Assembly: GCA_038245905.1 (NCBI GenBank)
Contig: JBBRRY010000017.1
Location: forward strand, 14,608-78,607
DNA length: 64,000 bases
Origin: Thermoanaerobaculia bacterium
Lineage (GTDB): Bacteria > Acidobacteriota > Thermoanaerobaculia > UBA5066
Direction of reading: 5' to 3'
Below the pieces are notes generated by a model. That model saw only the letters and a list, made by a program, of their open reading frames with translations. It was not told the DNA's origin and did no database searches. The translations under genes and the position numbers were made by a program. Shown here in pieces: positions 48,221-58,362 of the stretch. The stretch's first letter is position 1. Each line of letters begins with the position of its first letter.

Positions 48221-49506
48221 TGATTTCGGAGCTGCCCGGCCACGTGGGCGAGACCGTCCGCCTCAAGGGGTGGCTCTACAACTGGCGCAAGGGCGGGAAG
48301 ATCTGGTTCCTCGTGCTGCGCGACGGCAGCGGATATCTCCAATGCGTCGTCTCGAAGGCGGATGTCGCGGAGGCCGTCTGGGAGGCCGCGACGAGCGCGA
48401 CCCAGGAGTCCACGCTCGAAGTGACCGGCGTCGTGAAGTCAGACGCGCGCTCGGTAGGCGGCGTCGAGCTGGGCGTCGCGGACGTAAAGATCCTCGACCT
48501 CTGCCACGACTGGCCGATCACGCCGAAGGAGCATGGCGTCGACTTCCTCATGTCGCAGCGCCACCTCTGGCTGCGCTCGTCGAGGCAGGTCGCCGTCCTC
48601 AAGGTTCGGAGCGAAGTCGAGAGCGCGATCCACGACTTTTTCTATTCGCGCGGTTTCACGCGCCTCGATTCGCCCATCCTGACGCCGGCGGCGTGCGAGG
48701 GCACGTCGAACCTGTTCGAAACGCAGTACACGGAGGACGAGAAGGCCTATCTTTCGCAATCCGGCCAGCTCTACCTCGAGCCCGCGGCCGCCGCGCTCGG
48801 GAAGGTCTACTGCTTCGGGCCGACGTTCCGGGCCGAGAAGTCCAAGACGCGCCGGCACCTGCGCGAGTTCTGGATGGTCGAGCCCGAGGTCGCTTTTCTC
48901 GAGATCGAAGGGCTGATGGACCTCGCCGAGGAGTTCGTCAAGGAGCTCACGGCCCGCGTTCTCGACCGCCGGAAGGAAGATCTCAAGCGGCTCGAGCGCG
49001 ACGTCGCGAAGCTCGAGGTCGTCACGGCGAAGAAGTTTCCGCGTATCTCCTATCGCGAGGCGGTCGAGATCCTCCAGAAGAAGGGCTTCCCGGTGAAGTT
49101 CGGTGACGACCTCGGCGGAGACGAAGAGACCGCGCTCACCGAGGGTTTCGACACACCGGTCATGGTCACGCGCTACCCGACGTCCATCAAGGCGTTCTAC
49201 ATGCAGCCCGATCCGGAGGATCCCGAGGTCGTGCTCGGGCTCGACATGCTCGCGCCCGAGGGCTACGGCGAGATCATCGGCGGGTCGCAGCGCATCCATG
49301 ACCACGATCTCCTGCTCTCGCGCATCCAGCAGCACAACCTGCCGCTCGAGGCCTTCCAGTGGTACCTCGACGTCCGGAAGTACGGCACCTTCCCGCACTC
49401 GGGCTTCGGCATGGGCCTCGAGCGCTTCGTCGCCTGGATGTGCGGCGTCCCGCACCTCCGTGAGTGCATCCCGTACCCGCGGATGCTGTACCGGATCTAC
49501 CCGTAG
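48217..49506 (+). CDS. asnS: asparagine--tRNA ligase
   Basis: [54 protein letters not shown] and [11 protein letters not shown] motifs. Confidence 0.95.
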   Translation: MMISELPGHVGETVRLKGWLYNWRKGGKIWFLVLRDGSGYLQCVVSKADVAEAVWEAATSATQESTLEVTGVVKSDARSVGGVELGVADVKILDLCHDWPITPKEHGVDFLMSQRHLWLRSSRQVAVLKVRSEVESAIHDFFYSRGFTRLDSPILTPAACEGTSNLFETQYTEDEKAYLSQSGQLYLEPAAAALGKVYCFGPTFRAEKSKTRRHLREFWMVEPEVAFLEIEGLMDLAEEFVKELTARVLDRRKEDLKRLERDVAKLEVVTAKKFPRISYREAVEILQKKGFPVKFGDDLGGDEETALTEGFDTPVMVTRYPTSIKAFYMQPDPEDPEVVLGLDMLAPEGYGEIIGGSQRIHDHDLLLSRIQQHNLPLEAFQWYLDVRKYGTFPHSGFGMGLERFVAWMCGVPHLRECIPYPRMLYRIYP

Positions 49507-49528
49507 TCGGGCGAGGACCGGCAGGACC

Positions 49529-51577
49529 TCAGGCGCGGTCGAGAGCCGCGCGGACCCGGCCCGCGACCTGCGCGGGTGCGAAGGGCTTTTCGAGGAAGTC
49601 CGTCCCCGGCTCGAGGACGCCGTGGCGCCCGATCGCGTCGTCCGTGTAGCCGGACATGAACAGAACGCGCGCCTCCGGGTATCGGGCGGTGATGCGTCCG
49701 GCCAGCTCCCGGCCGTTCATCCCTGGCATTACGACGTCGGTGAGGAGGAGATGCACGGGCCCTCGGTGCGCGCGAGCCACGTCGAGCGCCTCCTCGCCGG
49801 AGGCGGCGTCGAGCACGGCATATCCGTTCGCCTCGAGCGCCGTGCGCACGAGCTTCCGAACGCTAGCCTCGTCCTCTACGACGAGGACCGTCTCGCCTCC
49901 CCGCCGTGCCATGGCCGGATGCGGAACCGGCTCGTCCGGAGACTCCGCGACGGCCGGAAGCAGGATCTCGAACGTCGTGCCGCTGCCCACGACGCTGTCG
50001 GCCCAGATGAAGCCGTCGCTCTGCTTGACTATTCCATACGTCGTCGCGAGGCCGAGGCCGGTTCCCTTGCCGCGCTCCTTCGTCGTGAAAAACGGCTCGA
50101 AAAGGCGGGCGTGCACCTCGCACGTCATCCCAGCGCCCGTGTCGGAGACCGAGAGACTGGCGTAGAGGCCGGGGCGCAGTCCGGGCCTGATGGCGGCGGA
50201 CGCCTCGTCCATCGTCTTGACGGCGGTCGCGAGGGTCAGCGTGCCGCCGCCCGGCATCGCGTCGCGGGCATTCACCGCGAGGTTCATGAGCACCTGCTCG
50301 AGCTGCCCGCGGTCGGCTCGCACGCAGGGGACGGTCGGGCCGAGCCGGAGGACGAGCCGGACGTCCTCGCCGATCACGCGTCCGAGCAGGCTCTGTGCCT
50401 CGCGCGCGACCTCGTTCAGGTCGAGGACGGCGGGCCGGAGCACCTGCTTGCGACTGAAGGCAAGGAGCTGCTTCGTGAGCGCCGCGGCTCGATCCGCGGC
50501 TCGCCGGATCTCGTTCAGATGCGCCCGGGACTCGTCCTCGACGAGGCTTTCGTGGAGCAGATCGGCGTATCCGATGATCGCGGTCAGCAGGTTGTTGAAG
50601 TCGTGGGCGACCCCGCCGGCGAGCCGTCCGATTGCATCCATTTTCTGGGACTGCAGGAGCTGCTCTTTCAGGATCTCCTTCTCCTCCTCCGAAGCCCGGT
50701 GCAACGCGTCGGCGGCGAGGCGGCCGTCGTCCGAGCGGCGGAGGGCCGCGGCCGTCCAGAGCACGAGGCCCGTCGCGACGGCGCTGACGGCAAACGCGAA
50801 AAGCGCCGTGCCGAGCTCAGGATCCCAGGCGCGGCGGCGCTGCTCGGCGATCTGAATCCAGCCAAGGACGGGGGGGAGCACGAATGCGGGCGGGATGAGC
50901 CGGCGCGCGAGGGCCGCACCGAGGTCGGTCCGGACCCAGAAGGAGGCGGGCGGGACGTCCGCCCGCAGCGCGAGGATGCCCGCCGAGAGCCCAAGGAGTC
51001 CGATACTCGTCTGCGGCGCGATCACGTTGAACGGGCCGAATGTCAGAAACTCATCCGCGCCGAGGGCCAGGCCGACAAGCGACTCCATCGCGATAAGCGT
51101 GGCCCCGAACGCGACGAGCGGAGTGAGCCAGCGGCTCGCCCGGCCGCGCAAGTGGAGCCCGGCGAGTGAGACCGCGAGCAGGAAAAGGGCCCCAGCGGTC
51201 ACCGGCGACATTCGGCCGGGCGCGAGCGTCTGGGGCGCGGGAGAGAGGGCGTCGCGCACGAGGAGCTCGTCGATGCCGAAGCTCCGGCCGACGACGTCCT
51301 GCGCGACCGTCGCGAGAGCGAGCAGCGCGACACCGGTGCCGAGGACCATGGTCATCCTCGACCGCCCGTCGGACCGCGCGGCGAGGGCGAGCCCGGCTCC
51401 GAGCAAGGCGAGCGCGACCGCGGTATTCGCCTTCATGGGAAGGGCCGCGTCGATCGGGGCGCTCAGCGAGGAGGCGCCCAGCAGCCAGCCGGCGAGCGTC
51501 AGGACGCCGAGGCCGGCGGAGCCGGCGGCGACCACGGTCGAGAACGTCGAGAAGGGTGAGAGGCTCCGCTCTCCCAT
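49529..51577 (-). CDS. membrane hybrid sensor histidine kinase (CckA-like, with receiver)
   Basis: Multiple TM segments; AHDFNNLL H-box, NLAVNARDAM, FEPFFTTK and GTGLGL; C-terminal receiver. Confidence 0.92.
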   Translation of the reverse strand: MGERSLSPFSTFSTVVAAGSAGLGVLTLAGWLLGASSLSAPIDAALPMKANTAVALALLGAGLALAARSDGRSRMTMVLGTGVALLALATVAQDVVGRSFGIDELLVRDALSPAPQTLAPGRMSPVTAGALFLLAVSLAGLHLRGRASRWLTPLVAFGATLIAMESLVGLALGADEFLTFGPFNVIAPQTSIGLLGLSAGILALRADVPPASFWVRTDLGAALARRLIPPAFVLPPVLGWIQIAEQRRRAWDPELGTALFAFAVSAVATGLVLWTAAALRRSDDGRLAADALHRASEEEKEILKEQLLQSQKMDAIGRLAGGVAHDFNNLLTAIIGYADLLHESLVEDESRAHLNEIRRAADRAAALTKQLLAFSRKQVLRPAVLDLNEVAREAQSLLGRVIGEDVRLVLRLGPTVPCVRADRGQLEQVLMNLAVNARDAMPGGGTLTLATAVKTMDEASAAIRPGLRPGLYASLSVSDTGAGMTCEVHARLFEPFFTTKERGKGTGLGLATTYGIVKQSDGFIWADSVVGSGTTFEILLPAVAESPDEPVPHPAMARRGGETVLVVEDEASVRKLVRTALEANGYAVLDAASGEEALDVARAHRGPVHLLLTDVVMPGMNGRELAGRITARYPEARVLFMSGYTDDAIGRHGVLEPGTDFLEKPFAPAQVAGRVRAALDRA

Positions 51578-51662
51578 TGGAGGCAGTGTACCGCCGGCGC
51601 GGTACAATAAGACTTGTTAGCGCCTGCCGCTCAAGCGCCGACCGGGTTCCGGCTCGCCTTCC

Positions 51663-53042
51663 ATGAAACAACCAGCTTCTCTCCCGTCCGTCGGCATCGT
51701 GTCGCTCGGATGCCCCAAGAACCTCGTCGACACCGAGGTGATGCTCGGCCATCTCCAGCGCGAGGGCATGACGCTGGCCGACCCCGAGAAATCGCGCGTC
51801 GTCATCGTGAACACCTGCGGCTTCATCGACGCGGCCAAGGAGGAGTCCGTCGGCGCAATCCTCCGCGAGGTGGCGCGCAAGGAAGCCGGGGAGATCGACC
51901 GCGTCGTCGTCGCCGGCTGCATGGTGCAGAAGTACGGCCGGGAGCTCGCGGCCGAGATCCCCGAGGTGGACCACTTCATCGGCCTCGACGAGCTGGAGAA
52001 GGCGCCCGCGGCGGCCCTCGGCCTCCCGTCGCTCCCGCGTTTCAGCGACAAACCCCTCGCGACCCGGCTCTACGACGACCTCTCTCCGCGCGTCCTCACA
52101 CACCGTAAGGGCTACGCCTATCTGAAGGTCGCCGAGGGCTGCAACAACCCATGCACGTTCTGCACGATTCCGCAGATGCGCGGCCTCATGCGCTCGCGCA
52201 CGATCGCGTCGCTCGTGAAAGAAGCGCAGAGCCTCGAGGCGCAGGGCGTCCGGGAGCTCGTCCTGATCTCGCAGGACACGACCCGCTACGGCGAGGACCT
52301 CGGACTCGGCCGGACGGGCCTCGCCGATCTCGTGAAGGCGCTTCTTGCCGAGACGGGCTTCCCCTGGGTGCGCTTCCTGTACGCCTACCCGAAGACGCTC
52401 CACCGGGGCGTCTTCCAGCTCATGGCGAGAGAGCCGCGTTTCGTCCCGTACGTCGACATGCCGCTCCAGCATGTCTCCCGGAAGATCCTCACGAAGATGA
52501 AGAGGGGAGGCGACGGCGCGAGCTATCTGAAGCAATTCGAAGAAATCCGAAAACTCGTCCCCGAGATTTCCCTCCGCTCGACCTTCATCGTGGGCTTCCC
52601 GGGCGAAGAGGAGAAGGATTTCATAGAAGTGGAAGAGTTTCTCAAGGCCGTCCGCTTCGACAACGCGGGAGTCTTCACGTACTCCCCCGAACCGGGATCC
52701 GGTGCGGAATCGCTCGGGGACCCTCTTCCACTCGAAGAAAAATCTTCACGCCGCGACCGTTTGATGGAGGTCCAGCAGAAGATCTCTCTATCGAAGAACC
52801 GCGCGAAGCGCGGCAAGATCTTCGACGCCCTGCTCGAAGGCCCCAGCGAGGAAACGGAGATGCTCCTCGAGGCGCGCCTCGCCGGGCAGGCCCCCGAGAT
52901 CGACGGGCGCGTGCTGATCAACGACGTCCCCTCCGGCTGGGCGCCGCGCGTCGGCGAGATCGTGCGTGTGAAGATCACCGAGGCGCACGCCTACGACCTC
53001 GTCGGGCGGGTCGTAGCGCCCGTCGCTTCCACCGTCGCTTAA
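51663..53042 (+). CDS. rimO: ribosomal protein S12 methylthiotransferase
   Basis: SLGCPKNLVD, NTCGFID.AKEES, CNNPCTFC radical-SAM motif and APEIDG TRAM domain. Confidence 0.95.
   Translation: MKQPASLPSVGIVSLGCPKNLVDTEVMLGHLQREGMTLADPEKSRVVIVNTCGFIDAAKEESVGAILREVARKEAGEIDRVVVAGCMVQKYGRELAAEIPEVDHFIGLDELEKAPAAALGLPSLPRFSDKPLATRLYDDLSPRVLTHRKGYAYLKVAEGCNNPCTFCTIPQMRGLMRSRTIASLVKEAQSLEAQGVRELVLISQDTTRYGEDLGLGRTGLADLVKALLAETGFPWVRFLYAYPKTLHRGVFQLMAREPRFVPYVDMPLQHVSRKILTKMKRGGDGASYLKQFEEIRKLVPEISLRSTFIVGFPGEEEKDFIEVEEFLKAVRFDNAGVFTYSPEPGSGAESLGDPLPLEEKSSRRDRLMEVQQKISLSKNRAKRGKIFDALLEGPSEETEMLLEARLAGQAPEIDGRVLINDVPSGWAPRVGEIVRVKITEAHAYDLVGRVVAPVASTVA
52611..52747. repeat. inverted pair of the dispersed motif inside rimO
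   Basis: Minus CTCTTCCACTTCTATGAAATCCTTCTC (52611-52637); plus CCCTCTTCCACTCGAAGAAAAATCTTC (52721-52747). Confidence 0.65.
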
Positions 53043-53053
53043 GATCCGTCCGC

Positions 53054-53998
53054 TTGCAGGTCGTCAAGGATCCCTTTCGCGCCGTCGACCTTCCGCGAGG
53101 CGGCGTCGTCACCGTCGGAAACTTCGACGGCGTACATCGCGGTCATCAGGCGATGCTGAAGGCCGTCTCGGCCCGCGCCCGGGAGCTCGGCGCGCCGAGC
53201 GTCGTCGTGAGCTTCGACCCGCATCCGCTGAAGGTTCTGCACCCCGAGCGCGCCCCGAAGATGATCCAGACGCTCAGGCAGCGCGAGGAGGCGATCGAGG
53301 CCTCGGGTATCGACGCGCTCGTCCTCGTGCCCTTCACACGGGACTTCTCTCTGATGCCCGCCGAGGCCTTCATCAAGGAGCTCCTCGTGAAGCGGCTCGC
53401 GGTGCTCGAAGTGCACGTGGGCGCGCGTTTCATTTTTGGAAGAGACCGCCTCGGATCCCTGGACCTCCTCCGCGCGGCCGGCGAGGCCGCGGGATTCCGC
53501 GTGGCCGGTCTCGCGGACGTGAGCGACCCGGGCGGCGCCATTTCGTCGACGCGCATCCGAAACGCCCTCCTCGAGGGAGACGCCGCGACGGCGCGGGAGC
53601 TGCTCGGGCGTCCCTACGCGATGGACGGAATCATCGCGAAGGGGGACCGGATGGGCCGCAAGATCGGATTTCCGACGATGAATCTCAAGCCCGACAACGA
53701 GCTCTATCCGAAGGACGGTGTCTACTTCACCTCCGTCCGGATCGCGTCGTTCGAGCGGACCTTTGCCTGCGTGACGAACATCGGGTGCCGGCCCACGGTG
53801 TACGAGGACTACGCGACGACCATCGAGTCGTACATTCTCGATTTTTCGTCGGACGTCTATGGCGAGCGCGTGCGTTTGTCGTTCTACGGCCGCGTTCGTG
53901 ACGAGCAGACGTTTCCGTCCATGCTCGACCTCACGGCCCAGATCCGGCGGGACGTGGACGCGACGCGCCTCTATTTTCTAGGGAATCCGCTGCCATGA
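53054..53998 (+). CDS. ribF: bifunctional riboflavin kinase / FAD synthetase
   Basis: GNFDGVHRGHQ, FDPHP, ISSTRIR, GRKIGFPT.N, GVY, RPT and IESYILDF motifs; TTG start approximate. Confidence 0.94.
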   Translation: MQVVKDPFRAVDLPRGGVVTVGNFDGVHRGHQAMLKAVSARARELGAPSVVVSFDPHPLKVLHPERAPKMIQTLRQREEAIEASGIDALVLVPFTRDFSLMPAEAFIKELLVKRLAVLEVHVGARFIFGRDRLGSLDLLRAAGEAAGFRVAGLADVSDPGGAISSTRIRNALLEGDAATARELLGRPYAMDGIIAKGDRMGRKIGFPTMNLKPDNELYPKDGVYFTSVRIASFERTFACVTNIGCRPTVYEDYATTIESYILDFSSDVYGERVRLSFYGRVRDEQTFPSMLDLTAQIRRDVDATRLYFLGNPLP

Positions 53999-54894
53999 CC
54001 GCGGAGGTCCTCCTGCGGGTCGGGGCCGTCGTGCTCGCTGTCCTTTTCGCGAGAGGAACGGGGAACCGCGCCGCCACTTTCGCCGCGGGCGTCCTGGCAG
54101 GATTCGCGGTCTTCGGATCGCGCGTCGCGTCCATGCCTTTCAGCGGCGACGCCGCGCTCCTCGCGGCTTGCCTCGTGGTCCTCGTGGCTCTCGGCGCCGC
54201 GCGCGCCTGGCCCCCCATCACCGGTGACGGCGTCGTGGCCGGCTCGGTGGCTGCGGCGGGCGCCGCGTGGGCCGCGGCCGTTTCCGGCCGCCACCTGCCG
54301 GGTTGGCAGGCGCCCGCGCTCGTCGCGATCACCCTGGTCGTCGTTTCCGCTTTCGCGGCGGAAGCCACGCGCGCGAGCGCGGAGGCGGGCTGGCGCGAGG
54401 GGATCGCCTGGACGTCGGCCGCACTCATACCGGTCGCCCTCGCCGCGGCGCTCGCGGGCCTCTTTTCAGGCGTGCCGCGCCGGTTCGAGCCGCTTGCCGT
54501 CGCGGGGATGCTCTTCGTCGCGGTACTCGTCTGGGCCCCCGCGGTGCTCGCCGAGCGCGCGCGGGTCTCGCGCGAGCTCGTGGAGGAGGTGGCGCTGGGG
54601 CTCTTGCCAGAAGAGGACGCCGCCGCGCTGCGCCTTCCGTGGACGCGCGGCTTCGAGAGGAGATTCGGCCGGCCGGACGAGCGCCGCGAATACGTGAGAA
54701 GCGCGCTTCTGCTCGCGGTCGCGCGTCACCAGCAGCGGCACCGTTCCGGCGAGGCCGAGCGACTCCGGCAGCTCGAGGTCCTGACGTTTCGGACTCGGCT
54801 CCGAAGGACGCAAGACGCGCGCGCGGCGCGTTTCCACACGCGCGTCTCGGGAGAGTTCTCCGCCGAAGAGGCGCCGCGCGAGCCGGCGCCCTAA
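53995..54894 (+). CDS. hypothetical integral membrane protein
   Basis: Several hydrophobic segments followed by a charged C-terminal tail; ATGA overlap with ribF. Confidence 0.7.
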   Translation: MTAEVLLRVGAVVLAVLFARGTGNRAATFAAGVLAGFAVFGSRVASMPFSGDAALLAACLVVLVALGAARAWPPITGDGVVAGSVAAAGAAWAAAVSGRHLPGWQAPALVAITLVVVSAFAAEATRASAEAGWREGIAWTSAALIPVALAAALAGLFSGVPRRFEPLAVAGMLFVAVLVWAPAVLAERARVSRELVEEVALGLLPEEDAAALRLPWTRGFERRFGRPDERREYVRSALLLAVARHQQRHRSGEAERLRQLEVLTFRTRLRRTQDARAARFHTRVSGEFSAEEAPREPAP

Positions 54895-56936
54895 GGCGCG
54901 CCCGGGATGTCTGCCGGCAGGAACGCGCCGTCCCCCGTGCGCTGTCCGGCCGTCCCGCCGTCGTTCACGACCCCATACGCGAGGAAAGGGTTCGAACCGG
55001 AGAGTCTCGTGACGACCGCGTAGGCGTTCTGCAGGCCTGGCGCATAGGACGCGAGAATGGAATTGAACTGTACGAAGCCGCCCGCGGGAACCTGCCCGGT
55101 CGTTACCGTGGTGGCCTTCTGACCGGTCGCCCCGTCGTACAAGTCGATCCGGAACGAGTCTGCGCTGCCGCCCGTGGAACCCGTGCACACGATTGCGAGG
55201 TTCGTTCGGTTCTCGGCGTTCTGCTGAATGCCGTAGATCCACGCGCGCTCGGTCGCCTCGGAGCCCGAGGGCACCGCGGCGGCGAAGAGGCCGAAGCGGC
55301 CCCCGCCGCCCGGCGTCGAGGTGCGGGCTCCCACCCCGATGCTGCGGAGATCGCCGGTCGTGTCGGCGACGACGAGAGGGCCAGCGAAAACCGGCCCTGC
55401 CGCGTCGACGATCGCTCCGCGGTCGCGCAGCGTCTGGACGAAGTTCGGCAGGATCTGCTGCTCGCCGCCTTCGAGCTTGATCAGAATGCTCGCCGAGCCC
55501 CCGGTCAGAGCCGACGAGAAGAACGTGAGCCGCAGGCCGCGGAGGTTGTTCGAATAGTTCGTGAGGACGAGCTCCGTGGAAAACGAAGGCGTCTCGACGA
55601 GGACCGGAAGCGTCAACGAAGGGATCGCCGAGGTGGCCGAGATCGGAACGGGGGTCACGAAGGAGCCGTCCGAGTTCACCTGGTCGTTGATCACGCCGTA
55701 CGTGTAGAAGGGAGCGTTCCCCGCGACGCGCTCGACGAGCACGTAGCCGTTCGTCAGGTTCACGCCTTCAGTGGCGAGAATGCTCGAGATCTGGCTGAAG
55801 CCACCCGGCGGCAGGACGATGTCGGGAAGCGAGTGTTCGAACGTGCTCCCTTTCTCGCCAGAGAACGCCGTGATGCGCAGCGCGATGCTGCCCTCCGTGG
55901 GGCCACCCGCGTTGAGGACGGCGACGTTCGACCGGTCCGTCTGGTTCTGACGGAGTCCCGGAATCATCACGGGATTGGAGAGGAGCCTGCTCGGAAGGAC
56001 GCCCGCGTACGAGAGGCCCGCGCGGCCGCCCGCGATGGAGGTCGTCGTGCGCACGATCGCCGTCCCGGCGTCCGGCGACGAAAGTCCGGAGAACGCGATT
56101 TGGAGCGTGCCGCCCCGGTTGCCCGAGTCGCCGACCGGGAGGCCCACGCTCTTCAGAAATGCGATCGCGTCGGGGACGATCTTCTGGCGCCCGGCCGCGA
56201 GCGTATCCGTCGCGGTGCCGGCCGCTCCGCCGAGTCCTGGCACGGGCACGTAGGAGTAGAGGATCGACGCGTCCGTCGTTCCGCGGTTCGTGATCGTGAG
56301 CTCGGACGTGAAGAACGAGCTGTTTAGTCCGGTCGTCGAGAGAACGATAGGAACCGTGACCCGCGACTCGGGGTTCGCGACGAGGATGTCGATGCGCGTG
56401 AGCGTCACGTCGACCCGGCCGTCGAACAGGCAGCCAGGGCACGGGGGACCGGAGGTGACGGGAAGATTCCGGTACGTGTAGCTCTCGAGCGACCCGATGG
56501 GCGAGGCCGGTGAAGACGAGGCGAGGGTCTGGCCCGTGCCCGTTCCCGGGACGCCGAGCACGATCGCCTGCCGGAGAATCTGGAGGGGGCTGAGCACGTC
56601 CGTCACGACGGATTGAGATTTCGCCACGAGAGCGCCGAATCCGACCTCGGGGTGTGGCGCGGTCGTGAAGAGGTTCGAGAGGCTCGTGTTCGGCCCCCCC
56701 GTGTCCCGGACGGATGCGAGGAGCGGCGCAAGTGAGGAATGGGCGGCCGCGAGGTCGGTCAGGACCTCGGAGGGCAGGATCGAGCTGGCCGCGACGTAGG
56801 GCGCCGGGGATGCACCGGGTATGGTCATCGTGCCGTACGTGACGTTCACGGAAACCGGGATCAAGGTCTGCGAAACGGCGGGCGCGGCGGTCAGCGCAAG
56901 GGCGGCGACAAGTCCAGCGGCAAGTCGAGGCGACAT
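54891..56936 (-). CDS. secreted hypothetical protein with a tandemly duplicated beta-rich module
   Basis: AGGAG before ATG 56936; signal peptide; two internal repeats ending YGVINDQVNSDGSFV and YGVVND...GDGAFL. Confidence 0.78.
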   Translation of the reverse strand: MSPRLAAGLVAALALTAAPAVSQTLIPVSVNVTYGTMTIPGASPAPYVAASSILPSEVLTDLAAAHSSLAPLLASVRDTGGPNTSLSNLFTTAPHPEVGFGALVAKSQSVVTDVLSPLQILRQAIVLGVPGTGTGQTLASSSPASPIGSLESYTYRNLPVTSGPPCPGCLFDGRVDVTLTRIDILVANPESRVTVPIVLSTTGLNSSFFTSELTITNRGTTDASILYSYVPVPGLGGAAGTATDTLAAGRQKIVPDAIAFLKSVGLPVGDSGNRGGTLQIAFSGLSSPDAGTAIVRTTTSIAGGRAGLSYAGVLPSRLLSNPVMIPGLRQNQTDRSNVAVLNAGGPTEGSIALRITAFSGEKGSTFEHSLPDIVLPPGGFSQISSILATEGVNLTNGYVLVERVAGNAPFYTYGVINDQVNSDGSFVTPVPISATSAIPSLTLPVLVETPSFSTELVLTNYSNNLRGLRLTFFSSALTGGSASILIKLEGGEQQILPNFVQTLRDRGAIVDAAGPVFAGPLVVADTTGDLRSIGVGARTSTPGGGGRFGLFAAAVPSGSEATERAWIYGIQQNAENRTNLAIVCTGSTGGSADSFRIDLYDGATGQKATTVTTGQVPAGGFVQFNSILASYAPGLQNAYAVVTRLSGSNPFLAYGVVNDGGTAGQRTGDGAFLPADIPGAP

Positions 56937-57000
56937 GTGTGTGCTCCTGGTTTGGGAGTGCATCGCGCCGGACCTTTCCCACGGGCCCGCACCGGAAACC

Positions 57001-58362
57001 TCAGACGCGCGGGCCGTCCGCATCCCAGAGGGTCGTTTCCCCGAACGACTCCAGCACGGGCTGGATGAGTTTCGCGTCGCCGACCGCAACCAGAATGCCG
57101 GTTGAAGGGTCGAAGAACTCCTGCGCGGTCCGGAATGCCTCTTCCCGCGAGACCGCCTGGACACGGTCCCGCCAAGTGGCCCACTCTTCCTCGGGCAGTC
57201 CGTGGAGGAGCCTCGAAATCTCGTCCTGGGCGACGCCGCCCGGGGTCTCCCGGGTGATGGGAAAGCTGCCCAGAAGGAATTTCCGCGAGCGATCGTGCTC
57301 CTCTTCCGTCGGCCCCTCCGAGGCGTACGCGCGGATGAGGTCGAAGAGGCCCGCGCAGGCTTCGCGCGTCACCTCGGTCCGGCAGTCGATCGAGGCGCCG
57401 AACTGTCCTCCCGCGACACGTGCCGAAACGGAAGAGTAAGCGCCGTAGGTGAGACTTCGCTCTTCCCTTAGGACGTGAAAGAGGCGCGAGGACGCGCCCC
57501 CTCCGAGAGACTGGTTCGCGACGAGCGCCGTCGTGAAGAGCGGATTCCGGCGAGCGAGCGCGGGCCTCGCGAAGAGCAGATTCGTCTGCACCGAGCCAGG
57601 CCGGTTCACGAGGTGAATCGAGAAGCCGGGGACGACCGGTGGGGGCGGAACGACGGCGGGGGGCGAGAGTAGGCCCAGGGGAAGGCTCCCGAAGGCGCGC
57701 CCGGCCGCGCCGAGGAGCGCATCGGGATCCGTGGCGCCCGCGAGGATGAGCGTGGCGTTCGCGAGGGAAAAACGAGAGGCCGCGAAGGCGGCGACGTCGA
57801 CCTGAGTGAGCGACGCGAGGCCCTTTTCCGTCGCCGTGAGGCGGCCGTACGGGTGGCCGGGGTAGAGCCGGTCGAGAAGCCGCTCGCGCGCGAGGAAGTC
57901 GGGCTCGGAGCGCTGCTCGGCCAAGACGTCGATTTCGCGCCGGCGGTTCTTCTCGAATTCTTCGTCGGGAAAGGTGGATTCCGTGAGGACCTCGGCCAGG
58001 AGGGCGAGCCCTTCATCGAGATCCTTCTCGAGCACGAAGAGGCGCGCGACGGACGAATCACTTCCGGTGGAGACGTCGAGGATCGCGGCGAGGTCGTCGA
58101 GCGCTTCACCGAGCTCCTTCGCATTGCGCCGGCGCGTTCCGCCGAGAAACGTGTCGCCTGTGATCTCGGCCATGCCCTCCCGCGAGGCGGGATCGGCCGC
58201 GCTGCCCGCTCCAGGAAAGAGCACGGCGACGGCCACCGTGGGACGGCGGCCCCAGCGGGCCGCGCGCACGGCGAGGCCGTTTGCGAGGCGCGTGCCCGTG
58301 AACGTGGACAGCGAGAACGGAAGCGGGGCCATGGGCGGCGGCGGCAGACGCTTTGCGCTCAT
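57001..58362 (-). CDS. M16 family peptidase, non-catalytic subunit
   Basis: RLANGL, LGGGASSRLF..LREERSLTYGAYS; lacks HxxEH. Confidence 0.85.
   Translation of the reverse strand: MSAKRLPPPPMAPLPFSLSTFTGTRLANGLAVRAARWGRRPTVAVAVLFPGAGSAADPASREGMAEITGDTFLGGTRRRNAKELGEALDDLAAILDVSTGSDSSVARLFVLEKDLDEGLALLAEVLTESTFPDEEFEKNRRREIDVLAEQRSEPDFLARERLLDRLYPGHPYGRLTATEKGLASLTQVDVAAFAASRFSLANATLILAGATDPDALLGAAGRAFGSLPLGLLSPPAVVPPPPVVPGFSIHLVNRPGSVQTNLLFARPALARRNPLFTTALVANQSLGGGASSRLFHVLREERSLTYGAYSSVSARVAGGQFGASIDCRTEVTREACAGLFDLIRAYASEGPTEEEHDRSRKFLLGSFPITRETPGGVAQDEISRLLHGLPEEEWATWRDRVQAVSREEAFRTAQEFFDPSTGILVAVGDAKLIQPVLESFGETTLWDADGPRV

Noticed and set aside
6161-52747. Dispersed motif as a CRISPR array or IS/MITE ends
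   Set aside because: Copies are degenerate, irregularly spaced and on both strands; the intervening DNA is intact enzyme-coding sequence; no cas or transposase genes or target duplications were seen.
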